Positions 41,888 through 53,238 are shown, numbered from the stretch's first letter. The stretch: DNA of 64,000 nt from Rebecca billardiae RCC1528 (GCA_965240325.2 OZ251227.1:2480001-2544000); one strand, 5' to 3'. The notes: generated by a model from the sequence alone, not told the origin. Translations and numbers: made by a program.

Positions 41888-43663
41888 ATGCCGCTCGATG
41901 TGGTTGGCTGCCTCTCGGACTACCTCGAGCCGCCCGACATCACGCGCCTCTACTTTGCGAACGGCGTCAAGCCCGATGACTTGGGCGTCGTATGCGAGTG
42001 CGTCGTCTTTGCGCAGGTGTCGCTGCGCCTGGGCTTGTCGCTCTCGTGCATCCCGACGCGCGCGAACGAGGAGACCAACATGGACGAGCGCTTCAGCCTG
42101 CCTCCACTGCCGCTCCGGCACAGTGTCGCAGACGTCCGCCTTGCGGCGCGCGGCCGCTGGCTCGTCGTGCAAGCGCGCCACAAGTGGGTCAGCGTCTTTG
42201 CCGCCGACCTGGCCGCGCACCTGCGTGATGGCGCGCCCTTCCGCTGGCTGCCGCTCTTGACGGATGTTATCGTTGAGTACTCCCCCGGTGGCGTCGCGGC
42301 CCAAGCTGGCGACATTGACCTCGACATCTTCTTCCTCGATGGCTCGCACGTCTCTGCGCTCAGCGCCGTGTTTGATCTGTCCGCGTTCGCGGCAGCCGCC
42401 GAGTACGGGCCCGCGCCGCCGCCCAAGGCACTGCTGGACGTGGCGCACGATCAGCAGCTTGACGCAGCCAACGCCATCGCCATCGGCCTGCTCGCTCGCG
42501 CGGCCTACGGGCCGATCGATCCGTCCGCGCTGCCGCAGGCTCGCATCACCCAGCGCTACCTCGCGCGCGCGGCCGCGACTGGGTTTGGCAGCCTGCACAC
42601 CGTGCTCCCGGTGCTGCTCGACATCTCCACGCGCGAGCCAAACGGCGGGCACGCGCTGTCCGTGAGCGCGCGCGCAGCCTTGTCCGCGATGACGCAGCCC
42701 GCGTGCCTCCGCCTCGTCGACCGGCGCGTCGTGCAGGCGCGCCGCCAGCTCGCGCTTGCGCCCCGCGACAATCAGCTCGAGCGCAATGAGATCGAGGAGG
42801 TGCACCCGTGGGCCGGGGCGGGCGGGCCGGCGGACATCGGGCTCGTCGAGGCGGCGGTGGTGCAGAGCGAGGCCCCCGCGGCGGAGGGTGCCGAGCTGCA
42901 CCACTCGGCTTTCCTCTACCCCGGCATGATGGGCCGGATGTCGCTCGTCACCACCGTGGACGGCTCCGTGGTGTTTGCCAAGCTGAGTCCGGATCCGGGC
43001 CCGTTCGAGCCATCGGCTGTCGTGCTCCTGCGCGCGGCCGCGCGGCATGCCTGGCGCCCAGGCGCGTGCGTCGAGATGCTCCACCACTTCGACTGCTCGA
43101 TCTGGGCGGACGGAACGACCCACTCTGAGCATCCGGACACGCAGCTGGCAAGCCTCGTCTCGGGCAAATACGGGCTGCGGTTTCCGTGCATGGTGCCGTG
43201 CCCGCTCGGCGAGCGCGCCCTGGGCATCTTTGTGTTCTACCCGTTCGACAACAGCGCCGTGCTCATCACGCACAGCTCGCGCGGTCGCACGCGCAGGCAC
43301 GACCTGACGGAGCACGTGCGCCCAATCTGTCGCCGCACGTCCCATGGCCCAGCCAATCTCGTCGGCCCGGCGGTTTGGCCGACTCCGTTCCGCGGCGGCG
43401 CGCTGCTCGTCGGCGGGCAGACGCTGCTGTGGGTGTCGCCGGATGGCGAGGCGCGCGCGGTGAACGACCAGATCGGCCCGTGCCTCGATCCGGTGCTGAT
43501 CGAGAGCGACGACGTCGACAACTACGACGCCACCGATTTGCGGACGCACGTGGCGGCTGCGACCTGCTCCTGGATCAAGTACGCGCCCGGAATGGGCCCT
43601 GCCCAGCCGTGCGGGCACATCCGACCCAAGTCGCAATTCGCATCGTCGTCTATGGGAGCTTAA
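41888..43663 (+). CDS. Hypothetical protein with a possible N-terminal F-box-like motif
   Basis: Intronless 591-codon ORF; MPLDVVGCLSDYLEPPDITRL resembles an F-box start. Confidence 0.65.
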   Translation: MPLDVVGCLSDYLEPPDITRLYFANGVKPDDLGVVCECVVFAQVSLRLGLSLSCIPTRANEETNMDERFSLPPLPLRHSVADVRLAARGRWLVVQARHKWVSVFAADLAAHLRDGAPFRWLPLLTDVIVEYSPGGVAAQAGDIDLDIFFLDGSHVSALSAVFDLSAFAAAAEYGPAPPPKALLDVAHDQQLDAANAIAIGLLARAAYGPIDPSALPQARITQRYLARAAATGFGSLHTVLPVLLDISTREPNGGHALSVSARAALSAMTQPACLRLVDRRVVQARRQLALAPRDNQLERNEIEEVHPWAGAGGPADIGLVEAAVVQSEAPAAEGAELHHSAFLYPGMMGRMSLVTTVDGSVVFAKLSPDPGPFEPSAVVLLRAAARHAWRPGACVEMLHHFDCSIWADGTTHSEHPDTQLASLVSGKYGLRFPCMVPCPLGERALGIFVFYPFDNSAVLITHSSRGRTRRHDLTEHVRPICRRTSHGPANLVGPAVWPTPFRGGALLVGGQTLLWVSPDGEARAVNDQIGPCLDPVLIESDDVDNYDATDLRTHVAAATCSWIKYAPGMGPAQPCGHIRPKSQFASSSMGA

Positions 43664-43733
43664 TTAAATTATAACAATGTTGATATGATGAATAAGCAAT
43701 CAGCTCTATAGACTATACTCGATCTCTCTCTAA

Positions 43734-46700
43734 TATAGACAGGTTGCCACTGGGGACACGGCACCCAGGGTCGGAGAAATCAGAAAATCGGCGCGCTTTT
43801 TATTTCCGCCTTGCATTTATTCAGCCGCGCGCTGCGCGACGGACGCGCGCGTCTCGGGCGAGCGGGCGACGGCGCCGCGCTCCCGTGCGTGTGGACGATC
43901 CCGCGAGCGCAGAGCCGGCGAGCTAGGCTGGGCAGTCGTGCTGAAGTGCCATTCGCCGCTTCGCGCCGCGCATCGCATTCGGCTGTACTTGCCTCGGGCC
44001 AGCACTTGTCTGTGCACACCGCCACACGGCCAGCCCGTCGCCCGCGTGCGCCATGCGAGGCGAGACACACACGGAGCATGCGCTTCCGCGCGGCGAGGCC
44101 TACGCTGTACCCACTGCGCTACCTTGCGCCGCCGCGCATGAGCGCGGGTCCGAACAGCTGCGTTCAGGTGTGCTGATTGCATCATTCATACGAGCCGATT
44201 GGTCGAACAAGCGCTCTGGCCCGACGATGACGTTGCAGCGCACGCCATGCTGATATGCGGTGACGCGGAGCATGTGCGCTCGCGCGGAGTGGCCACACGC
44301 GTGACCGCTGTCCAGCTCTGCCCCGGCATTGAACTCCCTGACTCGTGCTCCGACGTCAATCTTGGCCCGAGCTAGTGCGTGCATGTATGCGTGCTGATGC
44401 AGAATATACCTGAACGAGGCCCATGATGGCCTGCCTGCGTGTATGTGCCTCCTCGGATGACACGGCGCGTGTATGAATGTGTGTATACTACCTTGTCAAG
44501 CAGTAGCTCACGTCTGGACGTTCGTGTCGAACTTGACGGTGCGCATCGCGCACACACGGTCAGCCTTGATAGACGCACCCGTGCAGCCGGAAGGCAGCAT
44601 CAGCCTGCCTAAGACGTGAGCATCCAGCCCCGACGCCGCTTCCGGTGCCTGATGGCGCGCGCTCCTTATTCACGCGGGAATGTGTGGCTGAGTCAGTTTA
44701 AATTCCCCTTCGGCGAAGGGAACCTTTTTCCGCGCAAAGCCCGGTCAAAGAAAGTCGAAACCCGCTGACTCACCCGCAAGCTCTCAGAGTGGGCCGCCCT
44801 TGCGGTGCCAGCATGCCTGCGGTCGGCCGTCGTGGGCGAGCCGCGGTGATCGGAGCCAACTGGATGGGCTCGGTCGCAGCCGAGTCAGCAGGGAGGTGAT
44901 CGTAGCGAGCAGCACCGCCGACATGCGGCATGTTCAAGGACGAGGTGCTGAGTCATGCAGCAGCTCGGCTCGCGGCACGGAGCGGCTCACGTCGGATGGC
45001 GGCGTGGAATGATGCCGGCCTCGACAAGCACCAGACACGCTGCCTACAGGCCTGACAGGATGCACTGAGCAAGCTGCGCCAGTGGGTGCGGCAGCGACAT
45101 GCGTCTCTAGCTGCGCCGTGACCTCTTGACGCGCTGGCCGCCGCCCGGCGCCCAGCGCGCGCGCTGCCGCGCGCCGCGCGGCTCAGGCTGGAGCCGTCTC
45201 AGATCCAATCTGACTCACACTTCTCAGAAATTCAAAAAAATGAATTTTCTCGCCCAATTTTGGTCCTTCGTCGACGTTCTTGGGCTCTACGTGCTCCTCG
45301 GCGACGAGGCGCTTCGGGTGGGCTAGCTAACTCGGATCGCGACCCCTGCACTAAAAAGGGGATTTTAAACTGACTCAGCCACATGTGCTCACTACATCAC
45401 TATCCAGAAGGGCGCATGTCCGTGCTTTGCATGCTCACATGACCCTCGCCGTAGGTCGATGCCAACCGCTGCGTGATGCTCGATCATGTCTTTTGACGGC
45501 TGTGTGACCCGTGCAGATGCGTATGCCAGGCAGCGTACTGTGACGAGCGATGACGCGTGCATAAACTACCTGGACATTGCCCAGTGCAACCAAGTGCCGG
45601 ACGCCGACGCCGCTGCTCGCGGCACGCGTGCAGTCAGCCGAGGAATGCACACAACTTCCTTGTTGGTGCGGCGCACGCGATGGCCTGAGGCGCGGCGGAT
45701 GCAGTGATTCCGAACGGCGAGCGGTGGAACGACGCAAATGGCTGCTCTTCAGCCGCGCTCAACCACGCGCACCGCCTTCGCGGGCACGCAACCACCGCAG
45801 GAGGGCGCGCAGTCGGCGCCCATCTCGCCCCTCCAGCGCCGCCCAGCGCGCTGTCAGCGCAGCCGCCAGCGGCAGAGGTTGGTGGTGCTCTGACGGCATC
45901 ACCAACATATTCGGAAAAGAAAATCCCCACCCGAAATTCCTGCGCCCAGTGGACAGGAAACTGTCCTTGGTGTTACATTTCTGAGAGACGGCGCCTCTGA
46001 AGGATGGCGCCCGCCCACTCGCCGCTCGTGGGTGGCGCGCGCCTCGCGTGTCGATGCAGCCCCGCATCATGACTAGCTGAATGCGCGTGTCGTCAGGACT
46101 TGTCCGCGTGCGCTACATCCCTTGAGCTAGCACAGCCGGGACCCCCTCGCCGTCGGCAGTGACTGTCATCATCCCATCACACGTCGCGTGAGACGGCAAA
46201 CAGCCACAGCAGCATCACCCTCTCGTCCAGGATCATCAGGCAGCTGGAGACAGTCCTCCCTTCGACGCGTCTCGGAGCGAGCGCACACGCCCAGCTCTAT
46301 CTGCGTCACATCGCCCGCGCCATCCGTCTCGAGCCCAACGCCCGTCACCACGCGCAGTATGGCAAACCGTCATGATCGAACCGAGCTCGTCGCCCGAGTG
46401 CAGCCTTCGCCCGCAATGCCGCGCGCGAGCATTCGAGTTCGACAATAAGTCGTCAGCGACTTGTGGGCCGGCGGGGAGATCCACGCGTGGCATAGATACC
46501 ATGTAGGTCGTCAGCTCCTGCTCGGTGTACGCACGCGCTCTGCATCTGAACACTTGATAGAAGCTCTCGATCATCACCATCGAGCTGTCTACGTGAGCCT
46601 GTGCGACCGTCTGCGCAACACCTCGCGCCTCACCCTTGATGCTGAGCTCACGCGAGACAAAGAAGGCTATGTAGGGCTCAATGACATTCATACAGTGAGA

Positions 46701-47634
46701 GCGTCCTTGCCGCAGCGAGCGACAGCTTCCTTCCCCCGCTTCTTAGCACTCGCCCTGCTGTTCTTGGGCGTGAGTGAGGCGTGGTGCCTCGTCAGCCTGC
46801 TGAGCGGTTCTTGTCGATGCGTGTCACAGCGCGGAAGCAGGTGTGCGTTCGCGAGGCGTCGTGCGTGGATGCCGTTCTTCATGCTGACGACATAGATAGA
46901 CTGCGTAGCGGCCGTCTCCTCATCCAAGAGCCTCGAGCATGCCACGACTCTGACACTTCAGCGCTCCGGCCGGCGCGCATGCACCATCAAGTGCAACCGA
47001 GCGGTTGAGAGGTAGCCGCCGCCAGCTTTTCGACCCTCACCAACACGCGCTGGATGAACATTGCAAGGTTGTCGCATACTATGAGTGTCGCGTGTCTCTT
47101 CCCGCGACTGTTGCTGCGCAACGTGATGTGCAAGACCAGTCGCGCGCGCGCTCCATCCAATACACGCACGGCTGATGAATGGACGTGGCCGAGCGCAAGC
47201 ACGCACGCGCGAGTCGTAGGCTGCGAACGTCGTGTGCGGCCAGACTGCGACGTGCACGGCACGTATCCACCTTGCATTGCTACGTCTCTTCACACCGGGC
47301 CTGGGACTCTTCCAGGCTGAGACGGCCTGCTCTGCTGCCCTCTGTGACTCAGATGCCGCGCGAACGTGCCGCGCGGCTGCGCGATGTCGCGATTGGAGCT
47401 CAAGGGTGGTTGACTTTCGGTACATGCTACTCAAGCAGGAAGAGGCCGATCGAGGCGCGGAGTGGCGCGCTGCACCCGCAACAGCGGGCATCGTGCAGCG
47501 CGCGAGAGCGCGCGCCGCTTCCGGGCGCACGGCGACGGCGCCATGTACCGAAAGACGGGTGGACAGGTCGCGTCCACTGGGAATGTAACATCTGTCAGTC
47601 GCGGGCGGTCATTTTTCCGTGCAACCTGTCTATA
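43734..47634. mobile_element. Degenerate ~3.9-kb TIR DNA element
   Basis: TATAGACAGGTTGC at 43734 and its perfect inverse at 47621-47634; interior lower in GC, TG/CA-rich, with only broken ORFs; CCCAGTGG and TGTTACATT motifs recur internally. Confidence 0.65.
44684..45382. mobile_element. Nested ~700-bp MITE with 27-bp TIR and ATGT target duplication
   Basis: ATGT|GTGGCTGAGTCAGTTTAAATTCCCCTT ... AAGGGGATTTTAAACTGACTCAGCCAC|ATGT, one mismatch. Confidence 0.9.
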
Positions 47635-48210
47635 CTGCTTGGCTCTCTCTCTCTCTCTCTAGCTGCCCTGCTAGCAGCGCTGCCAGATCCACAGCCGAGC
47701 TGTGCTGATATATGTATGTTGATGTTCTTAAAACTTTAGCAGTGCGACGCGGCGCTTGCGTCTGAGTGCCATCTGACCACTGACTTGATGAGCGATGCAT
47801 GGGAAGTGAGGTGAGACCGGGAGGCCTGACTCAGGTGCCTGCCCAACGCCCGCCAAAGGCGCTGCAAGAAAACGCGCTCGGCGCGCTCCCCCGTTGGCTC
47901 GGCAAGCGATGGAGCCGATGGCTCGGGCAACTTGAGCATCGGCCTTTTGGTACGGCGCCTGTCGCGCGAGGCGGGCCGCGTGCCTTTCACGTGCGGCCTG
48001 CGGCGCGCCCGTTTGGCCCGGACGTTCACTGTCCGGCTCAGCCGGTGCGGCTGATGCAGAAGTAGTCGTAAGTTACCACGAGCCTTCGGTCGTTATCAAC
48101 TTACTTTATCACCGCCACATCAAACTGCAGTGTTGGATGGCGTCAATCACGCCTTAACCAAGTGTGCACGTTAAAACATAGTTAAACGTACTGTAGCTAG
48201 CTTACTGGTA

Positions 48211-49045
48211 CAGGGATGCCGAACATTGAATCAATGAAAAACAAAATTCAATGAATCATTGATCTCATTGCAGACACTGAATCGCGGCAGGATTCAATGA
48301 TTTCCTGACCAGTAGTAGCATCAGTGACTAGTAATACTGTGTGTGCAGCGCTGCCGCACGTGCGCGGCGTGCGGGGCTGTGACCGCGGGGCCACCGACGG
48401 CGAGTCATGGACTATAGCATTGCGCGCACAACATGCACCCATTCCGCCCCCATTCACGGCATCATCAATAAGCAGATTATTCACTCAGACTCGTCAGAAT
48501 CGGACTGTGTGCTGGGCTAAGTTCCACAGCACCGCGACTGCGCGACCTGGCGGGCGTCGGTGCATCGGCGATTCGGCGTCCAGTGAGCTGAGGACTGGCT
48601 AGTGGCTGAGGACTGCTGTGGATGATGCTCAGACCGTCGCCAAGTACATCAAGCGCCGCACTCGGCCATCGGCGCTCTTCAGGGACCTCCGCCTCGCCAA
48701 GACCGCGAGAATTCTCGGCTCTTGGCAAAGGCCGCCGACAAGGCCACGGCTGCGCGCACGCGACCGCGTGCGCCGAGGTCCGGCACGGAGACCCTGCTGC
48801 ACGGGTGCAGGACCTCGAGCAGGGTGCCTCCAGCGCCGCCGCCGACTCGGAGGAAGTCTGACACGCTGTAGGGTCACATTTGGCGCCTCTAGACTGCATT
48901 TAGGCGCCGTTTGCCAGGAGACTCGAAAAAACGTTGAATTCGGATTCATTGAATTCATTGAATTCAGCAGTGAATTCAATGAATTCAATGAAATAACCTG
49001 CTGTTGAAAGGCGATTGAGATTCATTGATGAATCCAGCATCCCTG
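48211..49045. mobile_element. Non-autonomous hAT-like element (835 bp)
   Basis: TIR CAGGGATGC/GCATCCCTG; multiple subterminal TTCAATGA/TCATTGAA motifs; internal peptide WLRTAVDDAQTVAKYIKRR..ALFR reminiscent of hAT transposases. Confidence 0.8.
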
Positions 49046-49170
49046 TACAGTTTATTTGTTTTAACGTGTGTAAGGCTCACGGTGGCAGGTTGCCGCGCCA
49101 TCCTTCATCGCACGCACAGTACTAGGTATTGGTATTGGTACCTCTGCGGGGAGAGCATCATCAGGGCGTC

Positions 49171-52100
49171 ATGCGCGCCCTGCTTCTCTCGCTGGCACTG
49201 GCGACGGCCCGTGGTGCCGTGACGGTGGACGACGTCCCTGTTGGGCCGGAGGGGCTTCGGCCGAAGCAGGAGTGCAGCGACCTCCACCTCTGGTTGCGCT
49301 GGCTCGTGCACAATCGGTCGGTCGCGCCCGCCATTGCGTGCGGCTCCGTGCCCACGCCGCAGTGCGTGGCGCTCGCGCGAGACCAGGCGCCGGACTGCGA
49401 GGACGTGGGCGACGCGGCGTTCTTTCGAGCGGCGCTGCACGACGTGCGCACGCGCCATCGCTCGGAGCTGTGGGACGGCATGGCTGCGTTCACCATCTCC
49501 GCCTTCAACAACTGGGCGGTGGTCGAGGCGTTCCTCGAGTCGGTGCTCTCCACGAATCCCGCGCTCGGACACGTCGTCTGGTTCGTCGCGGACCGGGTGG
49601 AGTCGGACCACCCAGAGGTCCACGCCATCCTCCGCGAGTTCGCCGCGCTGGCCGCGCGCCACCACCCGCGTCGCGTCGAGATGATGAGCGTCGCCGACGT
49701 GCAGCGCTCGATGGACTACGACCCGCGCGAGCTGGCGATGCGGTACGAGCTCAAGACGTTCAACACGGCGATCAAGCCGCACGTGTTCATGCGCCTCTTC
49801 CAGATGAACGTGTCCGCCGTGCTCTACTTCGACCCGGACATCCACTTCTTCTCCGACCTCGACGAGATTGCGCTGCTGCTGCGCACGCGCAGCATCGTGC
49901 TCACGCCGCACATTCTGCGCGAGACGCCGTCCGACGGGAAGTGGCCGTCCGACCTGGCGCTGCTGCGCGCGGGCGCGTTCAGCTTTGGCTTCGTCGCCGT
50001 CTCGCGCGCGCACCCCTCAGTAACCGACCATTTCCTGCCATGGTGGGCCGCGCGGCTGCGTTACCAGCGGGACGTCGACCTCACGCACGGGCTATTCTAC
50101 GACCAGAACTGGGCTATGTACATCCCCGCGTTCTACCCGCAGAGCACGTACGCTGTGCTCATCGACCCGCGGTACAACGCGGCGTACTGGAACCTGCACT
50201 ACACCGCGGCGCACATCGAAGTGCGCAACCTGACCGCGCGCGACGTGCGGTACAGCGGCGCGCCGCTCGTTTTCTTCCACTTCTCTGGCATCGCGATGAA
50301 CAGCTTCGACATGCAGGCGGTCTCGCCGCACCAGTCGCGCTTCAAGCTGTCGGACATCGCGCACGTGAAGCCGCTCTTCGATTTCTACGTCGCACTCACT
50401 GGCCCCGAGCGGCAGGCGCGCTTCCGCAGCGTGCCATACGGGTACAGCTACTTGGACAACGGCGTGCCTGTGCCTGTGTACCTGCGGACTTGTATGTTCG
50501 AGGTGCACCCTGAAGGGCGCACTGAGCAGCTGGCGATGTACCACCCCGAGCCGGCGTACGCGCATCATCTGCGAGACGTGCTCTCGATGGATCCATTCGA
50601 CGTGCGCCATCGAGGCTCACTGTGGGACTGGCTGTCGTCGAGCAGCTCTGAGATGCTCATCATCGACAGCCCCAGTGCTGAGGAGCACGTGCCGAATGCA
50701 GCAGTGCTGTTCCTGCGCACGATGGCCGGGGTCGCGCGCGGCGCGTGCGGCTCGCCTGCGGCAGAGACGAGCTGGGCGCTCTCCTTCTTCCCGCTGCTCG
50801 TGTACTTCGACGCTCCACTCCTCCACGACCCACCTGTCATGGACCTGATCGCACGGCGCCCGTGTGCGGCGCTCTCGTCCTCGAAATGGCACTCTGCTAG
50901 AGGCGAGTGCAATAACAAGCAGGAGGGAGGGCCAGCAGACATGCACGCCAGCTTCGGCAAGGGGTGCCCCCCGGCTGTCGCCGACCTGATGCGAGCGGAG
51001 GGGAACCCCCTGGCGCCGTTCATCCCGGAGTTCTGCAATGCCATGTTCTCCCACCAGGGCCAGCGCGCCCACTTGAACTTGGAGCCGGTCAGCCAGCTGT
51101 GGTGGCGGCGCGATGGCGCGAACAGCGCGGCTCCGCTCGGCCGGGCAGACGCTCAGTCTTTATTGCCAGTGCCCCCGCCTGGCTCGCTGCTGTTCGAGAT
51201 TGAGCGGCAGTGCGGCATCGCGACCGAGTCGGCAAACGAGAGCGCCCCCATGCCTCACCGCGTGTGGTGGCGTGCGCTGCACACGCGCGTGCCACCTTGG
51301 GACGCCGACGTGCGCCGGCCACACACCCGGCAGTTTGGGGTGAATGTGATTGGCCACTTTGGCGGCGTGTTCGGCATCGGCAAGGAGGCGGAGTACCTGC
51401 ACGCCGGGCTGCGGCAGCACATGCCCACCCACGCGCTCGCCTTTCCCCGCGCGCACGAGCACGTGTACGCGCCTTACCAGCTCAACCGCTCTGCGCCGTA
51501 TGCGATCAACCTCGTGTGCATCAACCACAACCAAGTGCACATGCTCGCGAACGCATACCCGTGGTCGGAGTGGCGCACACAGTACAATATCGGGTACTGG
51601 GCGTGGGAGACCGAGCTGATTCCCCCGGAGGCGCATAGCGCTGTGCTCGCCTTCGACGAGATCTGGGCGATCTCCGAGTACACCGCGCAGGCCATCCGCG
51701 CGCGGCTGCAGCACGACCCGATCGGCCGGAACATTCCGGTACTCGGCGACCAGCTGATCGGCGTGCCGAACCTGAGGCCGCTGGAGGAGGTCAAGGCGCT
51801 GCGCGCACAGAGCCGCGCGACGCTCGAGCTGCCGCGCGAGCGCTGCGTGTTCCTGCTCATCTTCGACTGCATGTCCATCCCCGCGCGCAAGAACCCGCTG
51901 GGCGCGGTGCGCTCGTTCCAGATGGCGTTTGCGCGCAACGACTCGTCCGTGCAGCTGATTGTGAAGCACCTCAACTGCGACGTGGCCTTTTCGAACGAGC
52001 TGAGTGACGCGATCGGTGGCTGGCCGTCGATCGAGGCGCTGGCGGGCCACTACCCCATAGAGAGGCTGCGCGCGCTCAAGCTGAGCGCGGACTGCCTCGT

Positions 52101-52845
52101 CTCGCTGCACCGCTCAGAGGGTTACGGCCTCAACCTGCTCGAGGCGATCCTCGACGGCACGCCAGTGATCGCGTCCATGTACTCTGGCAACCTCGATTTC
52201 ATGAAGGAGCTGCCGCCGGCGCTGCGTGACGGGCTCGGCGTGCGCTGCCCGAGCGTGCCGATCGGCACGCAGCAGGGCCCGTACACCGCTGACGACGCGT
52301 GGTGTGAGCCCGACCTCACCAACGCTGCGCACAAGCTCGCACGCTTCCGCGACCAGCGTGCGCGCCTCCAACGGCTGTCGGAAGACGCGGCGGTCGAGAT
52401 GCGCCACAAGTTCTCAGCGAGCGCGATGGGCAAGGTGCACACGGAGCGGCTGGGCAGCGTGTACGACCGGCTGCACAGGGGGGATCTCTTCGCTTCCACG
52501 CGCAGCAAGTCTCTGCCCCCACGATCCGACCTCAGCTGCTTGTGGTTGCACTGGCGAGACAAGGAAATCGCTCATGCGCTGAAGCCAGGCACCAACCCGC
52601 TCCGAATTCAGGCTGTCGGCAGGCGCAGGCCATCGGACAGGAAGCTGCGCAACTTGGCGAAGGCGTACACAGAGAAGGCGAAGCACAGCCAGAAAGGCAG
52701 TCGGGCGGACGTCTCAGCATCGTCGTGCGCCTTCTACTCGGCGTCGGCCATCAAGCACGCCATGGTCACAGTGAATGGCACCAGCCCCTGGTGGCCATGG
52801 GTAAACAGCATCTTGGCCCGGCGCGGTGCAGGGCGGAGCGCATAG
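49171..52845 (+). CDS. Two-domain glycosyltransferase (N-terminal GT-A-like plus C-terminal GT4/GT-B) with signal peptide
   Basis: NTAIKP, YFDPDI, IVLTPH, FYDQNW, YNAAYWNLH, FFHFSG; GYWAWET, DEIW, RKNP, SLHRSEGYGL..LEA, YSGNLDF, W.EPD. Confidence 0.88.
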   Translation: MRALLLSLALATARGAVTVDDVPVGPEGLRPKQECSDLHLWLRWLVHNRSVAPAIACGSVPTPQCVALARDQAPDCEDVGDAAFFRAALHDVRTRHRSELWDGMAAFTISAFNNWAVVEAFLESVLSTNPALGHVVWFVADRVESDHPEVHAILREFAALAARHHPRRVEMMSVADVQRSMDYDPRELAMRYELKTFNTAIKPHVFMRLFQMNVSAVLYFDPDIHFFSDLDEIALLLRTRSIVLTPHILRETPSDGKWPSDLALLRAGAFSFGFVAVSRAHPSVTDHFLPWWAARLRYQRDVDLTHGLFYDQNWAMYIPAFYPQSTYAVLIDPRYNAAYWNLHYTAAHIEVRNLTARDVRYSGAPLVFFHFSGIAMNSFDMQAVSPHQSRFKLSDIAHVKPLFDFYVALTGPERQARFRSVPYGYSYLDNGVPVPVYLRTCMFEVHPEGRTEQLAMYHPEPAYAHHLRDVLSMDPFDVRHRGSLWDWLSSSSSEMLIIDSPSAEEHVPNAAVLFLRTMAGVARGACGSPAAETSWALSFFPLLVYFDAPLLHDPPVMDLIARRPCAALSSSKWHSARGECNNKQEGGPADMHASFGKGCPPAVADLMRAEGNPLAPFIPEFCNAMFSHQGQRAHLNLEPVSQLWWRRDGANSAAPLGRADAQSLLPVPPPGSLLFEIERQCGIATESANESAPMPHRVWWRALHTRVPPWDADVRRPHTRQFGVNVIGHFGGVFGIGKEAEYLHAGLRQHMPTHALAFPRAHEHVYAPYQLNRSAPYAINLVCINHNQVHMLANAYPWSEWRTQYNIGYWAWETELIPPEAHSAVLAFDEIWAISEYTAQAIRARLQHDPIGRNIPVLGDQLIGVPNLRPLEEVKALRAQSRATLELPRERCVFLLIFDCMSIPARKNPLGAVRSFQMAFARNDSSVQLIVKHLNCDVAFSNELSDAIGGWPSIEALAGHYPIERLRALKLSADCLVSLHRSEGYGLNLLEAILDGTPVIASMYSGNLDFMKELPPALRDGLGVRCPSVPIGTQQGPYTADDAWCEPDLTNAAHKLARFRDQRARLQRLSEDAAVEMRHKFSASAMGKVHTERLGSVYDRLHRGDLFASTRSKSLPPRSDLSCLWLHWRDKEIAHALKPGTNPLRIQAVGRRRPSDRKLRNLAKAYTEKAKHSQKGSRADVSASSCAFYSASAIKHAMVTVNGTSPWWPWVNSILARRGAGRSA

Positions 52846-52900
52846 CGTGGAGGCCCTCGCCGGGGGCCCTCACGGCTCACTCTACGTTGTCAAAAAGATC
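52815..52900 (+). mobile_element. Degenerate terminus of the GGCC MITE family (copy 3), overlapping the glycosyltransferase stop codon
   Basis: GGCCC(GGC)GCGGTGCAGGGCGGAGCGCATAGCGTGGAG...ACGTTGTCAAAAAGATC aligns with copy 2. Confidence 0.7.
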
Positions 52901-52935
52901 ATCATCATCATCATCATCATCATATATATATATAT
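52898..52935. repeat. (ATC)n followed by (TA)n microsatellite
   Basis: Read directly. Confidence 0.9.
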
Positions 52936-53085
52936 GTCTAGCCGTCCTCGCGAACGCCGACGCCAACTGCTGGCCGAAGGTGGGCACGCCGCCAGGCATG
53001 TCGATGCCGAGACGGCTGCCTGTGTTCCTACTCAGTGGGATTTACGTGTCCTCATGCAATAAAGGCGAGCGGCAGCAGATGCGGA

Positions 53086-53167
53086 TATATATATATATAC
53101 ACACACACTTATACATACATACATACATACATACATACATACATACATACATACATACATACATACA

Positions 53168-53203
<36 letters not shown>

Positions 53204-53222
53204 TATATATGTATATATATAT
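53086..53222. repeat. (TA)n-(TACA)n-(TA)n compound microsatellite
   Basis: Read directly; about 21 TACA units. Confidence 0.95.
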
Positions 53223-53238
53223 CAGCAGTAGTGCAGGC

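Noticed and set aside
45486-45707. DDACINYL as a TnpB/Fanzor RuvC-III-like motif
   Set aside because: No accompanying RuvC-I/II or zinc-finger motifs were found; too short to support
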